Positions 6,903 to 15,661 of a stretch of 16,175 bases of DNA are shown here, one piece after another (positions within the stretch are counted from its first letter, which is position 1; every line of letters begins with the position of its first letter). A program made the position numbers and the translations under genes. Under the pieces are notes generated by a model, which ran no database searches, was not told where the DNA came from, and worked only from the letters and a program-made list of their open reading frames with translations. The stretch is taken from contig JAQBGU010000163.1 of the NCBI GenBank assembly GCA_032128375.1, forward strand, positions 1-16,175, read 5' to 3'. Source of the DNA: Deltaproteobacteria bacterium. Lineage in GTDB: Bacteria; Myxococcota_A; UBA9160; SMWR01.

Positions 6903-7595
6903 ATGCGGCCTGGTTTGCGTGCATGTTCTGCGACGAACTGCCGACGGATGAGTTGCTCATAGCCGTCGATCCAGGGCCCGGATCGCAAGTGAAACTATTG
7001 AGTGATAATCTCGAATAACAGTGTCCGTATTCATCAACTACACAGCAGCAGAGGATCCAGCGTCCAAGGATCGAAGTTCATCCCGAATCGCTGGACTCCC
7101 ACACAAGGCTGTTGGCGAGCTCTACTCCAGAAGAATCACATTCGAGTTTCGATCGTATCTCCGGCCAGCGAAGCCGAAACAGAGGAGCTGAATGAGCAGC
7201 GACATCTGAGGCGAATCGCCACCATGGTTGGATCGTTTCGCCCCGCTGGCTCGTAAGCCATTCCGAGAGCATCTGGTCCGACCTTCGCTGGTCACCACCA
7301 CCGCGTCAGAGACTGATCGGCAAGCCCACGCAGCTGCACGGAGGTGCAGCTTCCGTACTCGATGCCCAAGATCATCAGCGAACCGACCGCCGAATGAGCA
7401 GACAGTCCGCGGAGAAAATGCAATGGCAAATATTCGAATCGTCCCCGAAGCAGTGGCTCTTGGCGACGTAATAGGAAGCATCAATCACAACGTTCAGGGC
7501 CTTGCGTTCGCATTGGGCCAAACGGCGATTCCTGAACCTCCTCGTTTGAACTTGTGACGATTGGGTTTCTGGCCATGGCAAGATTGCGACGCAAG
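6903..7595 (+). pseudogene. Decayed PEP-CTERM beta-propeller-like surface protein gene (5' boundary approximate)
   Basis: IPEP (7528-7539) continues after a 1-nt frameshift as SSFELVTIGFLAMARLRRK (7539-7595), a canonical PEP-CTERM tail. Upstream fragments in mixed frames (LLIAVDPGPGSQVKLLS, SVQGSKFIP, GELYS, IRIVPEAVALGDVIGSINHNVQGLAF) look like propeller repeats interrupted by stops. Confidence 0.6.
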
Positions 7596-7752
7596 TCCGT
7601 TCGGAATGGTGGCCTGAACAACGGGACTCACTGGCTTCGCCGTGCCGTCCCCGAGACAGCGAGAGGAGCCAATCTGGGCGACCCTCGGCCCACATCACCT
7701 ATCGACAGTAGAAGCCAGCGCAGTTGTTGCGTTTTCGGCTAGCCTCCCACGC

Positions 7753-7851
7753 GGAAGCGATTGCTGTGCTGGTGCTGGCCTCGGACTTCAAATCCGATGG
7801 GGGGTGTGGCGACACGTCCTCGGCGGGTTCGATTCCCGTCCGCTTCCGCCA
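7753..7851 (+). tRNA. selC: tRNA-Sec (anticodon UCA)
   Basis: GGAAGCG...CGCTTCC-G-CCA ends, D-loop TGGT, anticodon arm TCGGA-CTTCAAA-TCCGA (TCA at 7788-7790), long variable arm with a GCGA loop, T arm GCGGG-TTCGATT-CCCGT, G discriminator. Length 99 nt. Confidence 0.95.
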
Positions 7852-7910
7852 GCTTTTTCTCCGCGCGCCCGCTCACTGCTTCGCGCGCATTCTTCGCTTC
7901 GAGGATACTG

Positions 7911-10229
7911 ATGGTGCACTGCAGATCGGTCCGATTTCGTGCGGCGCAGATCGTCGCGGTGATTTCCTGGGGCATCGGGTTCGCAACCCTGGCCTCGGGT
8001 GAAGGCAACGGCCCCACCAACCGCCTGGCCGGCGAAGCCAGCCCGTACCTCCAGCTGCACAAGCACAACCCGGTCGATTGGTATCCGGGGGGTGATGAGG
8101 CGTTTGCGAAAGCCCGCGCCGAACAGAGGCCAATCTTCCTGTCGATCGGCTACAGCACGTGCTTCTGGTGTCACGTGATGGAGCGCAAGGTTTTTTCGAA
8201 CCCGGAGATCGCGGCTCAGATGAACCGGGACTTCGTCAACATCAAAGTCGACCGCGAGGAGCGCCCCGACATCGACGAAATTTACATGACCGCCACCCAC
8301 CTGATGACCGGCTCGGGCGGCTGGCCGAACTCGGTATTCCTGACGCCTGATGGCGAACCCTTCTACGCCGGGACCTATTTTCCCCCGGAAGACGCAGGCC
8401 GCCGACCGGGCTTTCCGCGTGTCTTGAATCAGCTCAGCGACGCATGGCGGGACCGTAGGGACGAGGTACTTGCGATGGCGGCACGCACGCGCGCGCAAAT
8501 CGAACAACAGTCCGCTGCTCCCGTGCCCGCCAATCTCTCGTTCGATCCAAACGACCTGCTATTGCGCGCCACCCGTGAAATGGAGCGGCGCTACGACGCT
8601 CGATACGGCGGCTTCTCCAAGCAGACCAAGTTCCCCAGCCCACCCAATCTCGAATTGCTTCTCGCGGCCCATCGCACCATGCCGGATGGCGAAGCGCTCG
8701 CCATGCTGACACACACACTCGACGAAATGGCGTTTGGCGGGATTTACGATCACCTTGCCGGTGGCTTCCACCGCTACTCGACCGAGTCCAGCTGGTCGAT
8801 CCCGCACTACGAAAAGATGCTCTACGACAACGGGCAGCTGCTCGGCTTGTACGCGCAGGTTTACGAGCAGACCCAGAATCCGCTCTACCGGCAGGTCGTC
8901 ATTGGAATCGCGCGTTACCTGGAACGTGAAATGCTCCACCCTGACGGGGGTTTCTATTCCGCACAAGACGCGGAAGTCGATGCGCACGAAGGAAAATCGT
9001 ACCTGTGGACTCGTGCACAGATCGAATCCGTATTGGGCGCGAAGCGCGCCGACCAGTTTCTTTCCGTGTATCGGCTGGCACCCATGTCCGAAGGCGAAGG
9101 CATGGCGTTGCGGGTAGCGCTGCCGATCGAGCCTGCGATCGAGCGCCTGGGTGCAAAGAACGCCGCTGAATTACTCGACCGCTTCACGGCCGATCGCCAG
9201 AAGCTGCTCGCCGTCAGGAACGCACGAATACAGCCGTTGCGAGACGACAAGATCCTGGCCGCGTGGAACGGTTTGACGATCCGGGGGCTCACACTCGCCG
9301 CCCGCGCGATCGGGCAGCCCGATTACCTTCGGCTTGCCGAAGCTGCGGCCGACTTCACGCTTTCGCGCCTGCGCGACTCGTCCGGGGGGCTGCACCGTTC
9401 GTATGTAGCGGGGCAGATGCGGGAGCAAGGCGTGCTCGATGACTACGCGTATCTCGCCGACGGGCTGCTCGAGCTCCACCGCGCGACCGGTTCCCCCGCC
9501 CGACTCGCACAAGCCCAGTCCCTGACCAACGCGCTACTCGATCGCTTCGAGGACCCGAATGCGGGTGGCTTCTTCCTCACAGCGAAGTCGACGGAACTGT
9601 TCACGCGCCCGCGTCGCGTCTACGACAACGTCGAGCCTTCTGGTTCCGGGGTCGCGCTGCGGGTGTTGATCAGTCTCGCGGAGTTGACGCCCGGGTCACG
9701 CTTTCGCGACGCAAGCACTCGCACCGTCGAATCATTTGGCAGCGCGTTCGAGCGCTCTCCATCGCAGGTCGGAACCGCTGTCGTGGCGCTCGCATCGATG
9801 GATTCTGCCAAGGCACAAGCACCCACCATCGCGCTTCCGTTACCCGGCAGTGGTGACCATGTACACATCCGTGTCAAGGAATCGGCAGCGTCGGCCAATC
9901 AAGTGGCCGTCGAAATCCGAGTCGATGACGGCTGGCACATCAACGCGAACCCCGCCTCGATGCCGTTCCTGATTCCGACGACAATCGCGCTCGAAGGAGG
10001 AACATTGAGCGCGCCGATACAGTATCCCGCCGGCGTCGCATTCGCGCCGAGCTTCACCTCGGAGTTGCTGTCGACGTATCAGGGTACGCTGGAGATTCCG
10101 CTACACCTATCCACTGAGAAAGAGACAGGCGGTAAAAACACCTCACCCAAGACAGTTTCCGTGCGATTTCAGGCATGTGACGAGTCGCGTTGCTTACCCC
10201 CTACTACTTCGCGAGCGCCAATTCCATGA
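7911..10229 (+). CDS. Thioredoxin domain-containing YyaL/DUF255 (SSP411-like) protein with C-terminal DsbD N-terminal-like domain, probably exported
   Basis: ATG 7911 follows SD GAGGA; the ORF-track start at 7761 would overlap selC. Motifs [58 protein letters not shown] and [11 protein letters not shown]-terminus GWHINANP...YPAG...[11 protein letters not shown] matches DsbD-N. N-terminal signal-like segment. Confidence 0.92.
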   Translation: MVHCRSVRFRAAQIVAVISWGIGFATLASGEGNGPTNRLAGEASPYLQLHKHNPVDWYPGGDEAFAKARAEQRPIFLSIGYSTCFWCHVMERKVFSNPEIAAQMNRDFVNIKVDREERPDIDEIYMTATHLMTGSGGWPNSVFLTPDGEPFYAGTYFPPEDAGRRPGFPRVLNQLSDAWRDRRDEVLAMAARTRAQIEQQSAAPVPANLSFDPNDLLLRATREMERRYDARYGGFSKQTKFPSPPNLELLLAAHRTMPDGEALAMLTHTLDEMAFGGIYDHLAGGFHRYSTESSWSIPHYEKMLYDNGQLLGLYAQVYEQTQNPLYRQVVIGIARYLEREMLHPDGGFYSAQDAEVDAHEGKSYLWTRAQIESVLGAKRADQFLSVYRLAPMSEGEGMALRVALPIEPAIERLGAKNAAELLDRFTADRQKLLAVRNARIQPLRDDKILAAWNGLTIRGLTLAARAIGQPDYLRLAEAAADFTLSRLRDSSGGLHRSYVAGQMREQGVLDDYAYLADGLLELHRATGSPARLAQAQSLTNALLDRFEDPNAGGFFLTAKSTELFTRPRRVYDNVEPSGSGVALRVLISLAELTPGSRFRDASTRTVESFGSAFERSPSQVGTAVVALASMDSAKAQAPTIALPLPGSGDHVHIRVKESAASANQVAVEIRVDDGWHINANPASMPFLIPTTIALEGGTLSAPIQYPAGVAFAPSFTSELLSTYQGTLEIPLHLSTEKETGGKNTSPKTVSVRFQACDESRCLPPTTSRAPIP

Positions 10230-10245
10230 AGGTCATCCGCCGGGT

Positions 10246-10256
10246 TGTGATATCCT
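10246..10256 (+). promoter_or_regulatory. Possible extended -10 promoter element upstream of the HPF/RaiA gene
   Basis: TGTG-A-TATCCT about 70 nt upstream of the ATG. No convincing -35 element. Confidence 0.25.
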
Positions 10257-10327
10257 GAAACCGACTTGATTGGTCGAGTTGTTGGTCACAACCAACTTTC
10301 CTTTCACTCGAGGGGAGCACTTGATTC

Positions 10328-10675
10328 ATGTCGGATAACCATGCGGTAGTGATTCATTTTCGAGATTGCGAACAAGACGAGAAAATCCGGAGTTCCATAG
10401 AAAAGCACAGCGCGCGGCTCGCCCAGGAATTCCACGAAATCAGCAAATTCGAGATCAGCCTTTCGCCAGATGGACCAGGATTCGTTGCCCACGTACACGT
10501 TACGGGCAAGGGAACCGATGCGGCCACGCAAGCGAACGCGAGTGAGCTTGGCCCCGCCGCGGATATCATATTCAACAAAGTCGAACGGCAGCTCCGCAAG
10601 ATTCACGACAAGCGGATCTTCAGCCAGCGCCGCGAAGCCCAACGAAACCGCGGCAGGAGAGAGTCGAGCGGATAG
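10328..10675 (+). CDS. HPF/RaiA family ribosome-associated protein (short form)
   Basis: SD GGGGAG upstream. Pattern IHFRD...IRSSIEK...FEISLS...AHVHV...AADIIFNKVERQLRKIHDK is typical of the sigma54-modulation/S30AE fold. Confidence 0.8.
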   Translation: MSDNHAVVIHFRDCEQDEKIRSSIEKHSARLAQEFHEISKFEISLSPDGPGFVAHVHVTGKGTDAATQANASELGPAADIIFNKVERQLRKIHDKRIFSQRREAQRNRGRRESSG

Positions 10676-10754
10676 ATCCGTACGCATAGGTCGATACGGA
10701 TAGGTCGATACGGATAGGTCGGTACGGATACGTCGTACGGATCAGTCGTAGTGA
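10673..10754 (+). repeat. Degenerate 13-14-bp tandem repeat (consensus TAGGTCGATACGGA) between convergent genes
   Basis: Exact copies at 10687-10700 and 10701-10714, a 1-mismatch copy at 10715-10728, and degenerate copies at 10673-10686, 10729-10741 and 10742-10754. Confidence 0.85.
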
Positions 10755-10770
10755 TCCAGAGTCGGGCGGA

Positions 10771-11199
10771 TCATCGGCCCAAGATCAGGTGCAGCTTGAG
10801 CGCCAGCACCGTGTCGCCTGTCAGCTTCAAACGCCGACGCAGTGCTGCTTCAGGTGCCGTAATCTCGCCTCGGTTCAGGCTGCGCCAGGTTTCGATGCCT
10901 ACCCGGATTTCGAGATCGGGGTCCAGCACGCGCCCCGCTTCGCCGCGTACCTCGCCGCTCGCAACGTAGATCGTGTATGCGCCGTACCCCGGCTCATCGA
11001 ATGCGAACACGATTCGCGCTTGGGTGTTCCCGAGCTTTTTCCGGCGCTTCTGATCGCGCCCCACCATCTCGGGGACCCAGCGGCTGAAGAAGTCGAGCGG
11101 AGAAATATCATCGGGCGGAACCGCACGATCAGCCGTCATGAGCGTTTCCATCCGACTTTGCAGCGCATCTTCCACTTGCTGTTCGTCATCGGGAGACAT
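10771..11199 (-). CDS. SCP2 sterol/lipid-binding domain protein
   Basis: ATG 11199 lies 1 nt after the uvrA stop. Pattern RIVFAFD..GYGAYTIYVASG...PDLEIRVGIETWRSLNRGEITAPEAALRRRLKLTGD..LALKL is SCP2-like. Confidence 0.8.
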   Translation of the reverse strand: MSPDDEQQVEDALQSRMETLMTADRAVPPDDISPLDFFSRWVPEMVGRDQKRRKKLGNTQARIVFAFDEPGYGAYTIYVASGEVRGEAGRVLDPDLEIRVGIETWRSLNRGEITAPEAALRRRLKLTGDTVLALKLHLILGR

Positions 11200-11200
11200 G

Positions 11201-14008
11201 CTACCCCAAGACCATCTCCGAGCCGGCGGCCCGCAGCGCCGCACCCGTATGTGAGTGCGGGTGGGCTGCGATTTGGGCGGGTGTTCCCGTCGCAACGATC
11301 TGGCCTCCTGCAGGTCCGGCGCCGGGACCGAGGTCGATGACGTGGTCGGCCCGTGCGATCACCGCCAGGTTGTGCTCGACGACAATCACACTGCCCCCTG
11401 CATCCAATACGCGATCGAAGCAGCCGATCAAGACATCGATATCCGCCGCATGTAACCCGGTCGTCGGCTCGTCGAGTACAAACAACGTGCCCGCACGACC
11501 TTGGGCCAGCGCCTGAGCGAGTCTCAGTCGTTGAGTCTCACCGGACGACAGCGTCGACAACGGTTGGCCGAGTGCGATATAGCCCAAACCGACACCCGTC
11601 AGCGAGCGCAGACGTTCCGTAATCTTGGGATCTGCACCGAACACATCGAGCGCTTCGTCGACCGTCAGGTCGAGCACATCTGCGATCGACCGGTTCGAAA
11701 CCCGAATCTCGAGTGCTTCCTTGCGATAGCGCCGCCCGTCACATTGCTCGCATGGCATGCGGACGTCGTCGAGGAAGTACATATCGACGACCACCTCCCC
11801 TACACCATCACAGCCGTCACAGCGTCCACCAGGAACGTTGAACGAAAACCAGCCGGGTGTCGCGCCGAGCGCCTTCGCCTCGCGGGTGCTGGCGAATTGC
11901 TGGCGGATGCCATCGAAGGCCTTCGACAGCGTCGCGGGGTTGGAGCGCGTACTGCGTGCGGGCGGGTGAGGATCGACTACCACGATGGATTCGATCAGGT
12001 CGCCACCGACGATGCGTTCGCACGCGCCGCGATCTGGCTCGCGCCGCAGATTACCGACGAGCACAGAACGGATCAGGCTCGATTTGCCCGACCCGGACAA
12101 GCCGGTCACCGCAACGAGTTGGCCCAACGGTAGATCGACGCTGAGCCCGCACAGATTATTTTCGGTAGCACCGACAATTCGCAGCTTGCCGCGCGCGGTC
12201 CGTGGCTTTTCGCTGCGGCCAATCTGGTATTCGCCCCTCAGTGCGCGGCCGGTGAGCGAGCGGCCGTCGGCCGCAATCGCGTCGATTGCTCCTTCGAATA
12301 CTACGTCACCTCCGTGCCGGCCGGCTCCGGGACCGAGATCGATCACGTGGTCGGCTGCGCGCAGTACTTCCGGGGCGTGCTCAACGACGACCACTGTGTT
12401 GCCGTGGTCGCGTATCGTTTCGAGCACACCAACCAGCCGCATCGCGTCGCTCGCGTGCAACCCGGCGGTGGGTTCGTCGAGCACGTACAGCGACGCGGTC
12501 AGCGTGCCGCCCAATGCACTGGCCAACTGGATCCGCTGCGCCTCTCCACCTGCCAGCGTGCGCATCGGTCGCGCCAGCGTCACGTAACCGAGACCGACCG
12601 CCAAAGCGGTCGCCGTCCGCGCCCGGATTTCGGCCAACACGCGGCCGGCCAGTTCCAATTCAGATGCATTGAGTTCCAGGCGCGACAGCCACGCCTCGAA
12701 CTCTGACAGTGTGAGTTCGCAGACCTGCGCGATATCCATGCCGGCGATCCGCACACACAGTGCATCCATACACAGCCGCGCACCGTTACAATCCGGACAA
12801 GGGTCGTAGCGGCGGTAACGCGCCAGCATCACGCGGTTTTGCACCTTGTAGCGCTTGCGCTCGAGCCGGTCGAAGTAGCGCCGCACACCGCGCCATGGGT
12901 CTCCATCACCCTCGAAAACCCAGTGCTTTTGCTCGGCGCCGAGCTGTTCGAATGGCACGTCGATCGCCAGACGGGCGGTCCGGCATGCCGTCAGGAGACG
13001 CAGTTGGTACCGGTTGCCCGAACGCGTCGCAAACGGGGCGATCGCTCCCTGCTCGAGGCTCTTGTGTGGGTCTGGAACCACTCTCTCCCAATCCAATGCC
13101 GCCACGCGCCCGAAACCCTCACACTTTTCGCACGCACCCAGCGAGCTGTTGAACGAGAACAACACCGGCCGGGGCAGCGAAAAACGGCGTCCACAGCCGT
13201 CGCACGCGAACCCCTCGTAGAAATTCGCCGTCTCGTCTGCGGCGACCACGACGCAGCGCCCTTCCCCGCGCGCAAACGCCGAAGCGATGGCCTCGGTCAA
13301 CCGCGCCTGGCTCGCATCGCGCGACGGGACCAGCCTGTCGATCAGCAGGTATCCGCTGCCGCGCACCTCGTCGAGCTGTTTCGCAGTCAGGTCCACGAGA
13401 TCGGCGACCTCGCCTGCGCCAGTCAGCACCCGGCCGAACCCTTCGCGCACGAGCCGCTCCCGCAGCGCACTGGTCTTTTCGCCCGAGCGACGCATCAGTG
13501 GTGCACAGAGCTGCAGCCGCGCGCCCTCCCAACGCTCTACGATCTGACCTGAGACTTGCTCTACGGTGCCCCGCTCGACGCTACGCTCGCACTTCGGACA
13601 CCGTGTCTGTCCGATTTTTGAGAACAGCAGCCGGAGGTGATCGGTGATTTCGCTCGCGGTACCGACGGTCGAACGCGCGTGGGTCACCCGATTGCGCCTT
13701 TCGATCGCGATGGCAGGAGGCAGGTTGGAAATGTGGTCGACCGGCGGTCGAGGCAGGCGTTCGAGGAATTGCCGGGCGTAAGTCGAAAGCGATGTCACAT
13801 AACGGCGTTGCCCCTCAGCGTAGAGCGTGTCGAACGCCAGCGACGACTTGCCGGAGCCAGAGACGCCGGTCACGACCGTGAGGGAACCCAGCGGAACCCG
13901 GCAATTCACAGCATTGAGGTTGTGGCAGCGCGCGCCCTCGATGACGATGTCCGTAGCGCGCAAGTCCGTTGCGGGTGTGTCGGTTGCGGGTGTATCGGTG
14001 GCGGGCAT
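11201..14008 (-). CDS. uvrA: Excinuclease ABC subunit UvrA homologue
   Basis: IEGARCHNL, GVSGSGKSSLAFDTLYAEGQRRY, zinc-finger CxxC pairs, FSFNS..GAC..C.G.G, LYVLDEPTAGLH, second Walker A GLSGSGKSS, FSFNVPGGRC and LDEPTTGLH. ATG 14008 is chosen because the 14065 start overlaps the upstream gene. Confidence 0.93.
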   Translation of the reverse strand: MPATDTPATDTPATDLRATDIVIEGARCHNLNAVNCRVPLGSLTVVTGVSGSGKSSLAFDTLYAEGQRRYVTSLSTYARQFLERLPRPPVDHISNLPPAIAIERRNRVTHARSTVGTASEITDHLRLLFSKIGQTRCPKCERSVERGTVEQVSGQIVERWEGARLQLCAPLMRRSGEKTSALRERLVREGFGRVLTGAGEVADLVDLTAKQLDEVRGSGYLLIDRLVPSRDASQARLTEAIASAFARGEGRCVVVAADETANFYEGFACDGCGRRFSLPRPVLFSFNSSLGACEKCEGFGRVAALDWERVVPDPHKSLEQGAIAPFATRSGNRYQLRLLTACRTARLAIDVPFEQLGAEQKHWVFEGDGDPWRGVRRYFDRLERKRYKVQNRVMLARYRRYDPCPDCNGARLCMDALCVRIAGMDIAQVCELTLSEFEAWLSRLELNASELELAGRVLAEIRARTATALAVGLGYVTLARPMRTLAGGEAQRIQLASALGGTLTASLYVLDEPTAGLHASDAMRLVGVLETIRDHGNTVVVVEHAPEVLRAADHVIDLGPGAGRHGGDVVFEGAIDAIAADGRSLTGRALRGEYQIGRSEKPRTARGKLRIVGATENNLCGLSVDLPLGQLVAVTGLSGSGKSSLIRSVLVGNLRREPDRGACERIVGGDLIESIVVVDPHPPARSTRSNPATLSKAFDGIRQQFASTREAKALGATPGWFSFNVPGGRCDGCDGVGEVVVDMYFLDDVRMPCEQCDGRRYRKEALEIRVSNRSIADVLDLTVDEALDVFGADPKITERLRSLTGVGLGYIALGQPLSTLSSGETQRLRLAQALAQGRAGTLFVLDEPTTGLHAADIDVLIGCFDRVLDAGGSVIVVEHNLAVIARADHVIDLGPGAGPAGGQIVATGTPAQIAAHPHSHTGAALRAAGSEMVLG
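13949..14005 (-). repeat. 15-bp coding tandem repeat (PATDT-PATDT-PATDL-RATD) at the UvrA N-terminus
   Basis: Minus strand reads CCCGCCACCGATACA CCCGCAACCGACACA CCCGCAACGGACTTG CGCGCTACGGAC. Confidence 0.8.
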
Positions 14009-14021
14009 GTCGTACCGCGGC

Positions 14022-14366
14022 TCAGTCCTCACCGCGCTCGGCCATGCCCATGGCCTCGTCCGCATAACGCCCGCGCCCGGCAGCCCGCGCGGCCTCCGAA
14101 ACAGATCGCCATTCGTGGCGTTCTGAGGTCACACCCAGCGCGGAGGAAACCGTTCGAAACAAAAACACGTCACCCGATTCGAGCGCCCGCTTGCGCATCG
14201 CTTCGAGCTGCTCGGTTGCCTCGGCCTTGACCAGGAATTCGATCGCGTCCTGGTCGCGGCCCACTTCGAGGTAGGCCTCCGCATAGCGAAGCGACTGGGC
14301 GGGCTTCAGGTCGCGATCGATCAGGTGGCGTCGCTCGATCGCATTGGGAATTTTCGACTTGGCCAA
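14022..14366 (-). CDS. Hypothetical alpha-helical (TPR-like) protein, 114 aa
   Basis: TTG 14366 follows a strong SD GGAGGA. It fills the gap between moeB and uvrA in the same orientation. Helical pattern YAEAYLEVGRDQDAIEFLVKA. Confidence 0.72.
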   Translation of the reverse strand: MAKSKIPNAIERRHLIDRDLKPAQSLRYAEAYLEVGRDQDAIEFLVKAEATEQLEAMRKRALESGDVFLFRTVSSALGVTSERHEWRSVSEAARAAGRGRYADEAMGMAERGED

Positions 14367-14404
14367 GTGGTTCCTCCAGTTGGGTCGGGCAATGCCGCAC
14401 GCGC

Positions 14405-15610
14405 TCAGTCGCGAGCGGGTAGCCGTTGGTATCGAGGGACGCTGGGGTCGACCGTCAGCGACCAAGCCTGTATGCCACCGGTCATGTTCGTGACATCGCC
14501 AAAGCCGCGTTCGATCAGCAGCCTGCAGGCTTTCTCACTGCGAGCACCGCTGAGGCAGTGGACCACGATTGCTCGATCCTTCCAATCCGCGAGTTCGGCG
14601 ATTCGCGCGTCCAGCTCGCCGAGCGGGACCAACAGCGTCCCATCGATGTGCGCGGTCTCGTACTCATCGGGTTCTCGAACATCGAGAAACAAGAACGCCT
14701 CGCCCCGGTCGAGCATCTGTTTGACCCGAAACGCCGGGTGTTCCGCGACGGCAACTGCCCCGGCCTGCGGCACACCGCAAAAGCCCTGGTAGTCGATCAA
14801 TTCGGTGACAGTCGGTTTCTCGCCACAAACGCAACACTCGGGATCTCGATTCAGGCGGAACTCGTTGAATTCCATCCGCAGTGCATCGTACTGAAGCAAC
14901 CGCCCGTAGAGCGGCTCGCCGATCCCGGTCACGATCTTCACGGTTTCGGTCGCCTGGATGATCGCGATCATGCCGGGCAGCACCCCGAGTACCCCCCCTT
15001 CCGCGCATGAAGGCACGGCGCCGGGCGGGGGCGGCTCGGGGAACAGACAGCGATAACAGGGACCGTGACGCGTATCGAAGACAGTCGCCTGCCCGTCGAA
15101 GCGAAAAATGGCCCCGTGCACATTCGGCTTGCCGAGGATCACGCAGGCATCATTCGACAAGTAGCGAGTCGGGAAATTGTCGGTCCCGTCAACGATGACG
15201 TCGTAATCCGCAAATAGCTCGAGCGCGTTTTGCGACGACAATTGCACCGGGTAGATGTTCACCGTGACATCGGGATTCATCGCAGCGATCCGCTCGCGCG
15301 CGACCTCGACCTTGAGTCGACCGACATCGGCGGTTCCGTACAACACCTGGCGCTGGAGGTTCGATGCATCGATGTGATCGAAATCCACCAGGCCCAGCGT
15401 GCCGATGCCCGCCGCAGCGAGATACTGCGCGACCGGACAGCCGAGCCCCCCAGCACCGATCAACAACACACGCGCCGCGAGCAGACGCTGTTGCCCCTCA
15501 GCCCCGACTTCCGGCAGGCTCAGATGGCGCCGGTAGCGGTCGTACTGGTCGGGCCGGAGCTGCGGTTTGGTAGAGAGCGGCGGTCCGGCAGAGGCATTGA
15601 CGGTCACCAT
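14405..15610 (-). CDS. moeB: MoeB/ThiF family adenylyltransferase fused to a rhodanese domain (MoeZ/MoeBR type)
   Basis: RYRRHLSLPEVGAEGQQRL, GAGGLG, SNLQRQ, DGTDNFPTRY, CYRCLFPEPPP...SCAEGGVLG and CCVC. Rhodanese DVREPDEY and active loop CLSGARS. Start ATG 15610 (TTG 15646 is the alternative). Confidence 0.93.
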   Translation of the reverse strand: MVTVNASAGPPLSTKPQLRPDQYDRYRRHLSLPEVGAEGQQRLLAARVLLIGAGGLGCPVAQYLAAAGIGTLGLVDFDHIDASNLQRQVLYGTADVGRLKVEVARERIAAMNPDVTVNIYPVQLSSQNALELFADYDVIVDGTDNFPTRYLSNDACVILGKPNVHGAIFRFDGQATVFDTRHGPCYRCLFPEPPPPGAVPSCAEGGVLGVLPGMIAIIQATETVKIVTGIGEPLYGRLLQYDALRMEFNEFRLNRDPECCVCGEKPTVTELIDYQGFCGVPQAGAVAVAEHPAFRVKQMLDRGEAFLFLDVREPDEYETAHIDGTLLVPLGELDARIAELADWKDRAIVVHCLSGARSEKACRLLIERGFGDVTNMTGGIQAWSLTVDPSVPRYQRLPARD

Positions 15611-15661
15611 GGGCGAAACGCTATCCAGCCGAGGCTCCTGACGCAATGTGGACCCGCCCGT

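Noticed and set aside
6550..6951. 133-aa ORF and other short ORFs in the 6.5-7.7 kb gap as intact genes
   Set aside because: They have no convincing SD or motifs. The region is better explained as regulatory DNA plus a decayed PEP-CTERM gene.
7761..7910. N-terminal extension of the YyaL ORF as given in the ORF track
   Set aside because: It overlaps tRNA-Sec. ATG 7911 has an SD and yields a signal-peptide-like N-terminus.
10261..10300. Small hairpins in the HPF leader as a riboswitch or terminator
   Set aside because: The stems are short, bulged and AT/GU-rich, and match no RNA family that I recognise.
10673..10754. CRISPR array
   Set aside because: The units are 13-14 bp, directly adjacent with no unique spacers, and no cas genes are present.
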